Counted from the first letter of the stretch, positions 14,801 to 24,740 are shown. The stretch: DNA of 64,000 nucleotides from Candidatus Poseidoniales archaeon (GCA_038144595.1 JAYQOB010000004.1:300611-364610), one strand, 5' to 3'. Notes: generated by a model not told the origin, from the letters alone. Program-made: numbers and translations.

Positions 14801-14806
14801 TTAAAA
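14801..14806 (-). promoter_or_regulatory. candidate TATA box for gyrB (minus-strand TTTTAA)
   Basis: Minus-strand TTTTAA lies 20-25 nt upstream of the gyrB ATG (14781). The spacing suggests a leaderless or short-leader archaeal transcript. Confidence 0.3.
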
Positions 14807-15068
14807 TCGGTGGGCTGCGGGCGTTTTTGGTCATGCAAGAACGCCGCTTTCCTCCTTCAAAATACACTGCTCGCCACGGGGTATAAACATACCCCTTTTT
14901 CTCACAGAAAAACGAGTGATAGCGGCCCATTTTTTGATGCCGAACACCCTCCATGCCTTCGACATCAACCCTCAATGTTCATCAAACAACCACTGAGGTT
15001 GGTTTTGCTGAAAAAAACGATGATGAAGCCAGCGTGACCGTTAAGAAGAGGGGTCAGATGGGTGCTGC

Positions 15069-15866
15069 ATGGCTGACCCGAAAGTGTGTGTTTCTTTGGA
15101 AGGAACGACCGTGAAAGAGATGGCGGATGAAGCAGCACGAGCCAACCTCGCTGGCGCCGATTTCGTTGAAGTCCGATTTGACCGACTCTACCTCAAGCGA
15201 CCCGAAGCGCAACCTGTTGAAGGCGAAGACGGCGAAGTCAAGCACGTGATGCCGCCAGAAAGCGAATGGCCTGTTCGCGAAATGGACAGCATCGACGTGG
15301 ACACTTGCATTCAGAACCTCAAGGAGAGCATCCCGCTCCCGGTCATCTTCACGGTTCGCCCGACCGAAGAGGGCGGACACTACCCCGGCGAGGCCAGTCA
15401 ACGCCATGAAATCCTCGAGAAGGCCATCGCATCGGGCGTGAACTCGGTGGACCTTGAATTGTCCATTGACGACGAGGTTCGTGCGGGCCTGCTCGACAAA
15501 GCCAGCGCCGCCGGCGTTCGCGTGATCTCTTCGATTCACGACACCACCACCACCCCAAGCGCTGAAGAACTCGTGGGCATGGTGAACGAGCATGCCAAGG
15601 AGGGCGAGGTGTTCAAGTTCTGTGGAACCGTCAACGACCACCAAGATGCACTGCAAATCGTCGAGGCCAGCTACGAACTCAAGAGTTCGAAGCACGCCTT
15701 TTCCATGATGGCGCTGGGCAACGGCGGCGATTGGACACGGCTCCACGCTCCCGTTCTCGGGCAATCACTTGTCTACGCCACCCTACGTTCGGAGTTCAAA
15801 CACTCCAACAAGGGCCTCGTCAATATTCGAGACCTCACGAACGCCTGGACCCTCATGGAATACTGA
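15069..15866 (+). CDS. aroD: 3-dehydroquinate dehydratase, type I
   Basis: FVEVRFD, VIFTVRPTEEGG, SVDLEL, ISSIHD (catalytic His region) and FKFCG (Schiff-base Lys region). A roughly 35-aa insertion follows the first strand-helix. Confidence 0.75.
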   Translation: MADPKVCVSLEGTTVKEMADEAARANLAGADFVEVRFDRLYLKRPEAQPVEGEDGEVKHVMPPESEWPVREMDSIDVDTCIQNLKESIPLPVIFTVRPTEEGGHYPGEASQRHEILEKAIASGVNSVDLELSIDDEVRAGLLDKASAAGVRVISSIHDTTTTPSAEELVGMVNEHAKEGEVFKFCGTVNDHQDALQIVEASYELKSSKHAFSMMALGNGGDWTRLHAPVLGQSLVYATLRSEFKHSNKGLVNIRDLTNAWTLMEY

Positions 15867-15869
15867 GTC

Positions 15870-16898
15870 CTATTCGAGTTGAGAAGCGGACTGCTCCATC
15901 ACCGGAACTGGCGTCTCCTTGGTTGATTGTTGGTCAAGGCCAGCCTGCATGTACCGGCTGTTGAGGACCACGGGCACCACGACCACGGCCGCCAGCAAAA
16001 CAAACAGCGTGAGCGGTACTGTCCAGGGCGGAAGAAGGGCTGAGCGCTCGGTAGGGAGCACGGTGACATCGGCCACCAGAACACTGTTCAAGGCGGGTGC
16101 ATCATCGTCGTTGGTGTTGTCCCAAGCATCGATGACGAGGTAGAAATCTTGCCACTCCGTACCGCCAAACAACGAGGAATACACTTCGGGGCCGTCCATG
16201 GCGACGGAAAAGGTGAGTTCTTCACGCTGTTCGTATTGGTGCACGTCGCGGTACGATTGCCAGCCGAGCGGGTTGAAACTGCGCCATTCCGGCGGAATAT
16301 CGCTGAGCACGTCGCCGTCACCACCTGCGATGTCCAGGTCGTCCCACCACCAACCCCCGTGCATCATTCGGTACACTTCGCCGTAGGCATCGTATTGCGT
16401 TGTGGTCATCAGGTAGACATCGGCCGCCACCGGTTTGGTGGTGTTCCCATCCGTTTCGTACAGGGAAATGCAGAAGGTGGTTCTGTGCGAACTGGAGAGG
16501 TTCATTCTGAGCACGCCAGAACTGTCGTTCCCAATCTCCATCACGGCGTACTGCCCGGTGGTGAGCGGATCGAGACGAGGCAGCGGCCAAACGGGGTTGT
16601 AGACCCACGGTTCCTCGGGGTGGAGAGCGGGGTCAAGGTCGCCGACGTTGGTTTCGTAGTACTCCTCGTGATCCCTGCCCTCCGTCGCATAAACGGGTTC
16701 GCCGTAGTATGGGTCGAAGGCGTAAGGGCTGCTCCAGTGGGGCACCAACGCCATCTGTTGGAGGCTGGCGTTCCACTCGGGTGCAGCGACCTCACCCTCG
16801 CATGCCGAGGCTGCTTGGGCCGAAGGCAGCACGCTCGTACTTGGCGAAACGAGGATGGCCATCAAGACCATCAAGGCGACCGCCGATGTCATTCGCAT
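15870..16898 (-). CDS. hypothetical secreted protein with C-terminal TM anchor
   Basis: Signal peptide MRMTSAVALMVLMAILVSPSTSVLPSAQA and C-terminal TM LTLFVLLAAVVVVPVVL. It lies downstream of and co-oriented with the giant PKD protein. One of only two confident genes here ending in TAG. Confidence 0.55.
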   Translation of the reverse strand: MRMTSAVALMVLMAILVSPSTSVLPSAQAASACEGEVAAPEWNASLQQMALVPHWSSPYAFDPYYGEPVYATEGRDHEEYYETNVGDLDPALHPEEPWVYNPVWPLPRLDPLTTGQYAVMEIGNDSSGVLRMNLSSSHRTTFCISLYETDGNTTKPVAADVYLMTTTQYDAYGEVYRMMHGGWWWDDLDIAGGDGDVLSDIPPEWRSFNPLGWQSYRDVHQYEQREELTFSVAMDGPEVYSSLFGGTEWQDFYLVIDAWDNTNDDDAPALNSVLVADVTVLPTERSALLPPWTVPLTLFVLLAAVVVVPVVLNSRYMQAGLDQQSTKETPVPVMEQSASQLE

Positions 16899-16945
16899 GC
16901 CTTCACCCGGTTGGAGACGGTCCTGCTCGGTTTTAGGACATTCCC

Positions 16946-19900
16946 TCAACGACGGCGCAGAGGACGAACATAACCGCTCTCATCGTTCCGGCGTTCGTCC
17001 TTCGAGAGGATCTTCGGAGCAGGCGGTGGCATGTGATGGTCCATGCCCAGCAAACCGCCCTGCGACTCAACATGCTCAATATCGGTGTACGTCTCAGCGG
17101 CTTCCTTGGCTTCTTCCTCGAGCGCCGATGGCTCACGCATCACGAGCCATCCCAAGACGAGCGCCACCACGATGAGCGCAATGAAGGTCGCCAGTTCGGA
17201 ACCCGCATCGGCCAGCCAGGATTTCCACTCGTCAGCGCTGAAGTCGGACAACGAGGGCGGACCATCAGGCTCCGGTACCACTTCGATGTCTTCGGTCAAG
17301 ATGTCGCACTGACCCATGCCATCGCAAACTTCCACCAACACGGTGTAGAATCCGGTGGCCTCCCAGGTGTTGATGGTACGGACGGAAGAACCTGCGATGG
17401 GGGTGACCCAATCGTCGGCTGGATCCCCGTTCTCATTTGCATCGGTTTCCGTGTCAAAGTCCCAACGAACGGTGAACTGCGTGAGAATGCGCTCGTCTCG
17501 CTCGGTGATCGAACCGTCCTCAACATCCAAGTCTCGATAGATCTCCATCTCGCTTCCAGCCTCGGCGTCAAACACGTCGGCGTCAAAGGAAATGGAGGAG
17601 CCGGCGAAGATGTTCTCCGGAACGTAGATCTCCCGCGCCTCGGGCGGTTCGTCAACCACCACGGTGAAGGTTTGGCGAGATACATCACCCGTTCCGAACC
17701 CGTCTCGCACGGTGAGCGATACCGTGTAGGTGCCGGGGAGGGTATAGGCGTGCCAGGGCGTCGCCTCGTGAACCAATGGTGTCGCATCGCCGAAGTCCCA
17801 GGTGTATTGGACCAAGCCGTTCCAGTCGGGTGATTCCACTTCAAATGGAACGTATTTGCCCTCGAATTGCCGGTCGCCGTCGCGTGTTCCTGAGGAATCG
17901 AAGTAGAGCATGCGCTCGGGTGCGGTTACCACGGCGCCGTCCTCGTTGAAGGTGTGCGACCATCCGTCGGGGACGGTCCCCTCGGGGAACGGCGTCGAGG
18001 TGGTGATGATGTCGTCCCCAATGTACCCGTCCAAGATGCGGACCTGAATGATGGGGAGTGGGTTGGCGATGCGAACCGTCATGGTACGGGTGAAGCTTTC
18101 CTGCCCGTCCTTGTCGGTGACGACCAAGGACACGGTATGAACGCCGGGGGTGGTGAACGTGTGCGTCGCTTGGGGGCGGTCGCCGAAGGTGCCGTCGGAG
18201 AAGGTCCAGTTCCACACCTCGATGTCCGTTGAATCACCCACTGAACCGTCGGGGTCCATGCTGTCAAGTCCGTCGAAAACGTAAGCAGTGTCGACCTCGC
18301 CGTCTTCCTCTCGGAAGTCGATTTCACGCGAACCCATCGCCGAAAGTGTCCTGACGTCAAAGGTGGCTACGGGCATTTGGTTCAACACCACCACGTTGAG
18401 GACGGCCGTGGCTTGGCTGCCGTCGTCGTCCGTGACCGTGAGCGAGACGGTCTTGTTGCCTGGAACATCCCAAGCAACGATGGGGTTCGTGGCACTGCTG
18501 CTCACCGTTGAGAAGTCATCGTTTCGGGTCGGAGTCCCCGTGCCCACGCGAGCGCCGTCCGGGAAGGACCATGCGTAGGTGAGAAGTTCACCGTCGTCGT
18601 CCACGAACACATCGGGAAGGACCAGGCTGGTGTAGGTCATGGTGGTCAACGTCTCTGCGTAAATTTGGACGGGCACCCTGTTGTTGATGTGAACGAGAAG
18701 CGTCTTCGTTCCGACGTTGATGCCGTCGGAGACCGTCAAGGTGAGGGTGAATGTTTCGCTCTCACCGTCGATGTCGTCCCATTCGTGCTGTTGAGAATAA
18801 ACGCCAACGCCACCGCTTTGCGTGCCATCACCCCAATCCCACTGGAAGTCGAGATGGTCGATGGGAACGTTGTCAACAGAGCGGCCTGCTGAGAAGAGAA
18901 TACGCTGACCAGTGAGCAAGGAAATGTTGTCCTCAATTACCACGTTGTTCACGGTGATGACCGGCAACGGTTCCGTGATGTCACTGACATTGATGGCGTG
19001 GACTTGCGTCTCCGACCAGGTGCCACCTCGGTCCATCACACGCAAGGTGGCGTTGTAGCTTCCGACCTCCGTGTATGATCGGAGGGGCGATTTGAGGTTT
19101 GAAGAAGCGTTGTCGCCAAACACCCACGCATAGGCCGTCGGTGCGTCGAGATAGGGCAGGCTGTTGTTGGACAGCGAGAGGCCCCAGGCATCAAAGCCTG
19201 CACCTCGGAACTGAATGTTCTCCCAGGTCTGAACTTCGGTGAGCGAGACACTCCCGTTGGCCACAGGACGCATGTTGTTGAGCATCTGAGGCGATGTTTG
19301 GAGGGAATCAACCTGATCACCAAGCATGTCCTTCATGACCATGTCAAAGGCGTACTGGTCGGCCAAGGGGGCGGTGAAGTAAACCTGTCCGTCAACGGCC
19401 ACACCGCCACCGGCAGCGATTCTGTCAATGATGGTGTCCACGACCGTGCCACTCGCATCACGAACGGTGATTTCAACATCGAGATCCTCAAAGAAAGCAT
19501 TGGAGAGGACGCCGTAGTTGATTTCCACCGTGTCTTCCATGCCGTCGCCGTCCCGGTCCGAGAGCACCGTGTTGTTGAGCGAAAGCGTAGCAGGCGAAGT
19601 GATTCGGGCGGCTTCAATGTCAACGGTGCCTTCAGGATAGGAGGGGCCACATGAGGTGTAGTCGCAATCCGCCACCGTGGAGGCGTACCAGGTGATCACC
19701 CACACTTCATCGGTCAGGTTGCCGAACCCAGGCACAAGGCCGGTGGCCACGTTGTTCACGAAGTCCAGGTCGGTGACGCTCCACAGACCGTCGGAAACGG
19801 CCTTGGTGACAATCACGCCGTCGAACTGGCTCTTGTCGGCCGTCAAACGAAGGGTCAGCGGTGCTGGTGAAGCGGATCCGGGTGTGAACTGGAACGAGCG

Positions 19901-21151
19901 GATGCCCCAGCCTTCGAGGGTGTTGCCGGTGGAGGACCAGGGGGTTGACCAGTCGCTGTTGATTTCGGTTGGTTGCGCCCTACAAAACGCGCCACCGGTG
20001 CACACAGGGTTGAGGTCAAGGTTCGGGTAGCCGTAGATGCCTTGGTCGGAATCGAGGGTGGCCGCGATGCTGAAGTTTGCAAAGGCCTCGTTCATCGTCC
20101 TCCCAAGCAGACCGACCTGCCCGCTCTGTGGCGAAAGAAGCAGGTTCTCAACACCCCTGCCGCCCGTGGCGGAGTCCTGCACGAGTTGGCGAACAGCTGG
20201 ACCGCCGCCCAAATGCTCAGCGAGGTACAAGGTAAACATGTAGCCCGCCCCGTAGTCCGCAATGCGCTGATTCCACCATCGCACCGATTGTTCGGGTGCA
20301 CCCGTCCATGCGTTCACGTGGCCGGTCAGGGTTGAATCTGCACCGAAGCAGAGGTAAATCGCGACGTCGGCGTTGCCTTCGTCAATCCAGAGGTTCTCGT
20401 AGGGGTCGAGGGCGTTGTGGAGCAAATGCTCGAGTTCGTGTGCGAGGATGGAGCGACCCCAAGAGAGGGTGATGTCGGCGTAATCCACGAACACCGCCTC
20501 TCGGGACGACGAGAAAGAAGGGGCAAAGTAGCCGCCCGTGTTGTACGCACCGTCGATGTCGTAAATGACGATTTGAACCTGACAGTTGTTGTCGATGTCG
20601 GGCGGCGCAAGGCCTCGTCCGTCCTGGTAGTCCTTGCCGTAATAGGTCGTCATGGTGGGGTAAATGGTGGAATCCCAGGTGCTCGCTAAGTTGTTGAGGA
20701 CGGTGGACGAAAGCGTGCGTCCGCTTTGAACGATGAAGGCTACCGTCGTGGTTGTTTTTGCAACGTAGGCAGAAATGGAGCCGCCGGAGATGGGGACCGT
20801 GAGCGTGTCACCAACGACGTGCGGGGTGCAAGCACGACCCGAGGAGCGCCCCATGGATGGCTGAATCACCATGTCATCCACGCCGGGTCGGCCTTCGTCG
20901 ATCCATGCCTGCCGCATGAACTGCGTGGCGGAGACGACGGGCTCTTCTTCATGAATAAACAAATACTCACTTCCTTCACTGGGGTCGAACTCATCCAGAT
21001 CTCCGATGATCACGCCACCGGCATTGTAGGCGTTGGTAGAAGTCCCATCCTCACCACTTTCTGCAGCCACGCTCATCAGCAAAGGCGCCGTGCTGGACAC
21101 GAGCATCAGGAGGACGAAGGCAAAGGCTGGACTGGAGCGCCGTTCCGACAT
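16946..21151 (-). CDS. giant secreted gluzincin-type metallopeptidase with multiple PKD-like repeats and C-terminal TM anchor
   Basis: Signal peptide. HELEH...LWIDEGNAD (HExxH + downstream Glu, similar to the M1-type WLNEGFA motif) at 20378-20440. At least five PKD-like signatures (WVFGDN, WDWGDGT, WSFPDG, WTFSDGT, WDFGDAT). C-terminal TM LATFIALIVVALVLGWLV. ATG at 21151. Confidence 0.8.
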   Translation of the reverse strand: MSERRSSPAFAFVLLMLVSSTAPLLMSVAAESGEDGTSTNAYNAGGVIIGDLDEFDPSEGSEYLFIHEEEPVVSATQFMRQAWIDEGRPGVDDMVIQPSMGRSSGRACTPHVVGDTLTVPISGGSISAYVAKTTTTVAFIVQSGRTLSSTVLNNLASTWDSTIYPTMTTYYGKDYQDGRGLAPPDIDNNCQVQIVIYDIDGAYNTGGYFAPSFSSSREAVFVDYADITLSWGRSILAHELEHLLHNALDPYENLWIDEGNADVAIYLCFGADSTLTGHVNAWTGAPEQSVRWWNQRIADYGAGYMFTLYLAEHLGGGPAVRQLVQDSATGGRGVENLLLSPQSGQVGLLGRTMNEAFANFSIAATLDSDQGIYGYPNLDLNPVCTGGAFCRAQPTEINSDWSTPWSSTGNTLEGWGIRSFQFTPGSASPAPLTLRLTADKSQFDGVIVTKAVSDGLWSVTDLDFVNNVATGLVPGFGNLTDEVWVITWYASTVADCDYTSCGPSYPEGTVDIEAARITSPATLSLNNTVLSDRDGDGMEDTVEINYGVLSNAFFEDLDVEITVRDASGTVVDTIIDRIAAGGGVAVDGQVYFTAPLADQYAFDMVMKDMLGDQVDSLQTSPQMLNNMRPVANGSVSLTEVQTWENIQFRGAGFDAWGLSLSNNSLPYLDAPTAYAWVFGDNASSNLKSPLRSYTEVGSYNATLRVMDRGGTWSETQVHAINVSDITEPLPVITVNNVVIEDNISLLTGQRILFSAGRSVDNVPIDHLDFQWDWGDGTQSGGVGVYSQQHEWDDIDGESETFTLTLTVSDGINVGTKTLLVHINNRVPVQIYAETLTTMTYTSLVLPDVFVDDDGELLTYAWSFPDGARVGTGTPTRNDDFSTVSSSATNPIVAWDVPGNKTVSLTVTDDDGSQATAVLNVVVLNQMPVATFDVRTLSAMGSREIDFREEDGEVDTAYVFDGLDSMDPDGSVGDSTDIEVWNWTFSDGTFGDRPQATHTFTTPGVHTVSLVVTDKDGQESFTRTMTVRIANPLPIIQVRILDGYIGDDIITTSTPFPEGTVPDGWSHTFNEDGAVVTAPERMLYFDSSGTRDGDRQFEGKYVPFEVESPDWNGLVQYTWDFGDATPLVHEATPWHAYTLPGTYTVSLTVRDGFGTGDVSRQTFTVVVDEPPEAREIYVPENIFAGSSISFDADVFDAEAGSEMEIYRDLDVEDGSITERDERILTQFTVRWDFDTETDANENGDPADDWVTPIAGSSVRTINTWEATGFYTVLVEVCDGMGQCDILTEDIEVVPEPDGPPSLSDFSADEWKSWLADAGSELATFIALIVVALVLGWLVMREPSALEEEAKEAAETYTDIEHVESQGGLLGMDHHMPPPAPKILSKDERRNDESGYVRPLRRR

Positions 21152-21208
21152 GTCAAACACCAACGAGAATCGTGTTACGGATTCCCTATTTTGCGAGAAG
21201 AAAGGAGG

Positions 21209-21216
21209 TATTTAAG
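21209..21216 (+). promoter_or_regulatory. candidate TATA box (TATTTAAG) for the M28 peptidase gene
   Basis: TATTTAAG lies 23-30 nt upstream of ATG 21239, in the 87-bp divergent spacer. Confidence 0.35.
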
Positions 21217-21238
21217 AGTCCGTGGTCGAGGCGTCATC

Positions 21239-22438
21239 ATGCGTCATGCACAGGTGCGTGTTCCAACTGCACCGCGTGGCCTCATGCTGGCAGTTCTCGC
21301 CAGCGTCATGTTGGCATCCACCGCTCCGGTATCGTTTGCCTCATTTGAGGAACTTGAACCCTCCTTGGTGTGCTCCACCATCGACGAACTGCAGTTCAAC
21401 GGGACCCATGCCAATGCATCGATTGCCTGGCAGGTGGAACTGGGCCCCCGCATCCCCGGTTCAAACGCCTCTGGCGAATTCCGGTCCACCATCACGGCCG
21501 ACCTTGAGTCGCTGGGCTACGAGGTGAGCAACAAAACGCACGAACGGTACGGCATGGAGCTCACGAACCTCTTCGCACGCTGGCCCTCGAACTCAAGCAG
21601 TGACGGCCAACTCGTGCTTTCCGCTCACTACGACTCTCGCAACGTGGCGGACCAAGATGAAAATGAAAGCAACCAATCCCTTCCTGTCCCTGGCGCCAAC
21701 GATGCGGCGAGTGGAGTGGCTGTTCTCTTGGAACTCGCTCGCCACATACCAAACATGAATTTGGAGTACGACGTGGTGTTGTTCTTCAACGACGCGGAGG
21801 ACCAGCAGCCCAAGTACACCCTGGGCGCCGAGGCTTGGGCAGAGAACATGACGGAGGACGAGATCAACGCCACGCATGCTTTTGTGTTGCTGGACATGGT
21901 CGGCGACGCCGACTTGCAACTCCACGACATCGCGCCCGGCAACGCCACACTCAAATCCAGAGTGGTTGAACTTGGCACCTCATTGGGGTTGGTGAACGGC
22001 ACCACATCGTGCACAGGGGAGGCCGGCTTGGATGTTCTTCAGTTCGAAACCACCGTGTACGTGCTGGATGACCACGTCCATGCGCACAACCTCGGCATCC
22101 CTGCCATCGACCTCATGGACACCTCGTTCGGTGCGCCCAAGCCCTACACCTTTGGTGCCTACTGGCACACGATGGAAGATACCCCCGACAAGGTCAGCGC
22201 TGAATCGCTGGCCAAGGTGGGCCGGCTTGTCGAACTTGGCTTGCGCACGGATGCCTTCGTTGACATCAAACCGACGATGGACATCACGGACGAGGGTAAC
22301 ACGACCTCCGCTGACCAGCCCGATGAGGGAGAAGCTTCGACCCCCAATCGAAACACCGGCCTCACCATCATGGCCGCTGTCGGATTGGTCGGCATTCTGG
22401 GCCTGCTCCTGGTGGTTGAATTCAACGGAAAACGCTGA
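21239..22438 (+). CDS. M28-family metallopeptidase (aminopeptidase/glutaminyl-cyclase-like), membrane anchored
   Basis: Signal peptide, LVLSAHYDSR, PGANDAASGVAVLLELAR, FFNDAED and C-terminal TM. The track ORF start at 20726 overlaps the convergent giant gene, so ATG 21239 is used. Confidence 0.7.
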   Translation: MRHAQVRVPTAPRGLMLAVLASVMLASTAPVSFASFEELEPSLVCSTIDELQFNGTHANASIAWQVELGPRIPGSNASGEFRSTITADLESLGYEVSNKTHERYGMELTNLFARWPSNSSSDGQLVLSAHYDSRNVADQDENESNQSLPVPGANDAASGVAVLLELARHIPNMNLEYDVVLFFNDAEDQQPKYTLGAEAWAENMTEDEINATHAFVLLDMVGDADLQLHDIAPGNATLKSRVVELGTSLGLVNGTTSCTGEAGLDVLQFETTVYVLDDHVHAHNLGIPAIDLMDTSFGAPKPYTFGAYWHTMEDTPDKVSAESLAKVGRLVELGLRTDAFVDIKPTMDITDEGNTTSADQPDEGEASTPNRNTGLTIMAAVGLVGILGLLLVVEFNGKR

Positions 22439-22506
22439 TATCAAACGCGGTCATCCAACAAAGAGGTATTATCCGCGCACGCCCTCGGGGCAACGGGAGG
22501 GGTAGC

Positions 22507-23370
22507 ATGTCCGACGACCGCGAAGCGAGGATGGAAGCCCTTCGTGCCCGTGTCAAGGCCAAGAAAGAGGCAGCGCTCAGCGACGGCATCATCGAAGAGG
22601 AATTGGTGGTCAGCACCCAAGAACTCCCCGCTACCGAATCAACGCGTCAACAAGAAGACGATGAGTGGTACGAACTCATGGATTTGGATGCTGACCGATG
22701 GAGAAACTTAGCGGCTGTCCTCATCCTTGTCGGCAGCATCCTCGGGATGGTCAGCGGTGCGCTCATCCTCCAAGGGAACCCCACAGAACTGCTGAACACC
22801 TCCTTGTTCGCAGAGCAAGAATCGGTTGACATCTCTGGGACGGCCCTCGAGGACGTTGACGGAAACGGGGTCGAGAACGTCTCCGTGGTGCTCCTTGAAG
22901 CCGAATCAAGGGCTGAATTGCAATCCACCATAACGGATCGTTTTGGCTATTTCTCCATGAAAAACGTCGCTCAAGAGGTCCACATTATCGTCTTCTCAAA
23001 GGAAGGCTACGTCACGGTGGAGCGGACCTTTGTCCCCGATAACGTCGGTTTGGACCCTGTCACCATGAAACAGGGGAACGCCACGCCCGTCAGGGAGGAA
23101 AACGACCAGCAATCCATTTCAGGTTGGACCCTTGACAACGCCGTCGGACTCTCGACCGCCATCGGCGTGCTCACGATTGGCACGGCGTTGCTCGGCATCC
23201 AATCAGCGGTCGAAATCCGCCGTGGCAAACACTACCGACGAAGCCAGTACTTGGCAGCAGGCGCCCTTTTCAGCCGCGGCCTGATCATCGTTGGACCGAC
23301 GTTGATTTTGTTTGGCATGATCGTGAACCTGTTTGCAAAAATGGACTTTGAAGACCAGCGTGAGGACTGA
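22507..23370 (+). CDS. hypothetical membrane protein with carboxypeptidase-regulatory-like (beta-sandwich) domain
   Basis: Charged N-terminus and TM AAVLILVGSILGMVSGALIL. VDGNGVENVSVVLLEAE...DRFGYFSMKNV...FSKEGY resembles a CarboxypepD_reg fold. Two C-terminal TM helices. Confidence 0.5.
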   Translation: MSDDREARMEALRARVKAKKEAALSDGIIEEELVVSTQELPATESTRQQEDDEWYELMDLDADRWRNLAAVLILVGSILGMVSGALILQGNPTELLNTSLFAEQESVDISGTALEDVDGNGVENVSVVLLEAESRAELQSTITDRFGYFSMKNVAQEVHIIVFSKEGYVTVERTFVPDNVGLDPVTMKQGNATPVREENDQQSISGWTLDNAVGLSTAIGVLTIGTALLGIQSAVEIRRGKHYRRSQYLAAGALFSRGLIIVGPTLILFGMIVNLFAKMDFEDQRED

Positions 23371-23372
23371 GC

Positions 23373-24740
23373 ATGTACTTGATCTCGGTCGAGGGAGGCG
23401 ACGGGTCCGGCAAGGGCGAGGCTGCTCGTATCCTCGGTGAACTCCTCAGCGAGTTTCCATTCCCGGATGTGGTGATGACCCACGAGCCTCGTCGCCACAG
23501 TGAGTTAGGAAAATTGGCCCTACAATCTGTGAAACTCGGGAACAAAACACCCCTCGAGGAAGCGGGTTTGTTCGCCGCCGACCGTCTTGACCATTCCCAC
23601 ACCTTCATTCGACCGCACCTGACTCAGGGATGCGTCGTCATCTCTGACAGAAACATCCACTCGTCCCTCATCTACCAGGGCGTGGTGGGCGACCTTGGAC
23701 TCGAAAAGGTCGCTGGCATGAACGCTGCCGCGATGATTCCTGACCTTGTGTTCTGGATTGATTGCGACCCTGAAAAGGCCATGAAGCGAATCAAGTCGGG
23801 AACACTCCGCATGACGAGTCAAAAGCAGGAGTACTTTGAGACCCAAGAAATTCAAACGGCCATTCGCCAAGGGTTTCATGCCTTGTTCGGAGAACTCGGC
23901 GAGGTGCCCTCACCCTTCAACCAGTGCTGCGTTGTTGGCCCCATCATGAACGAAGGTGGATTGGACGAATTGAAAACCAAACTCCGACGAGAACTTCGTC
24001 GTTTCTTCAACAAAAAGCCGCTCCCGCTGAACGTGGATCGCGACGCAGTTGACCGCACACTGCTCAACGCCTTGGTCCACGACGTCAAGAAACAACGACG
24101 GCTACCGGGAGCACCGCAGGAACGAACGGCGATTCACGTGGGCTGGTTGGGTGGAAAATCACCGGCGTATTGGATGAAAGAGGCCGAGGACAACTGGCCG
24201 ACGGCTTCAGCACAGGAGCACGACGTGCCAGCTTCACCCCTCGCCCATTCCTGCTGGTCCATCTTGGGCACGCTCTCGCTGATGGTGGGTTCAAGCGAAG
24301 TCCCTCGCCTCCACGCTGCGCTCGGTCCTGTGCGTATGGTGACGCAGCGCCACACGCAACGCCTCATCAAGTGGCTGCTGGCCGAGCATTGGGTTCACAA
24401 ACAACAGAACCACACCCCGTTCAGCGACGCTCAACTGTTCAAACTTCGAGAGGAACGACTTGGCTTCGCCCGACTGACCTTGGCCATGTGGCCGTTGAGA
24501 ACGCAACTCGCCTCTTGGCGCCGGGCCAACCCCGACGCCGAGTGGACCCAAGCCCTGCATGACGTGTTTGCAGTGGAAGAAGGCAAATCACTGTCGTCGA
24601 ATTTGCAAAAGGCCGTGGGCGACGTGCACGAACGTCTGACAATCTTGACCAGCGGCCACGAAGGCTGCCCGCTGCCGACCAACGCCGCTGAGTTGACCGT
24701 CTGGTGGTCGATGCAACCGCCAAATCACTCGGATTCCTGA
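23373..24740 (+). CDS. tmk: thymidylate kinase fused to a ~245-aa uncharacterised C-terminal domain
   Basis: P-loop ISVEGGDGSGKG, DRNIHSSLIYQG and a LID-like region in the first ~210 aa. The remaining ~245 aa have no motif I recognise. Confidence 0.7.
   Translation: MYLISVEGGDGSGKGEAARILGELLSEFPFPDVVMTHEPRRHSELGKLALQSVKLGNKTPLEEAGLFAADRLDHSHTFIRPHLTQGCVVISDRNIHSSLIYQGVVGDLGLEKVAGMNAAAMIPDLVFWIDCDPEKAMKRIKSGTLRMTSQKQEYFETQEIQTAIRQGFHALFGELGEVPSPFNQCCVVGPIMNEGGLDELKTKLRRELRRFFNKKPLPLNVDRDAVDRTLLNALVHDVKKQRRLPGAPQERTAIHVGWLGGKSPAYWMKEAEDNWPTASAQEHDVPASPLAHSCWSILGTLSLMVGSSEVPRLHAALGPVRMVTQRHTQRLIKWLLAEHWVHKQQNHTPFSDAQLFKLREERLGFARLTLAMWPLRTQLASWRRANPDAEWTQALHDVFAVEEGKSLSSNLQKAVGDVHERLTILTSGHEGCPLPTNAAELTVWWSMQPPNHSDS

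Noticed and set aside
15019-15075. Possible C/D-box sRNA: ATGATGA at about 15019 and CTGA at about 15072.
   Set aside because: There are no convincing C'/D' boxes and no terminal stem complementarity, and the 3' box lies inside the aroD start.
20726-21238. Long N-terminal extensions of track ORFs: 20726-21238 for the M28 gene, plus 25240-25566, 25940-26242, 55332-55520, 7389-7700 and 7360-7446.
   Set aside because: The extensions overlap neighbouring confident genes and translate to low-complexity sequence. Internal ATG codons give proper signal peptides or family-typical N-termini.
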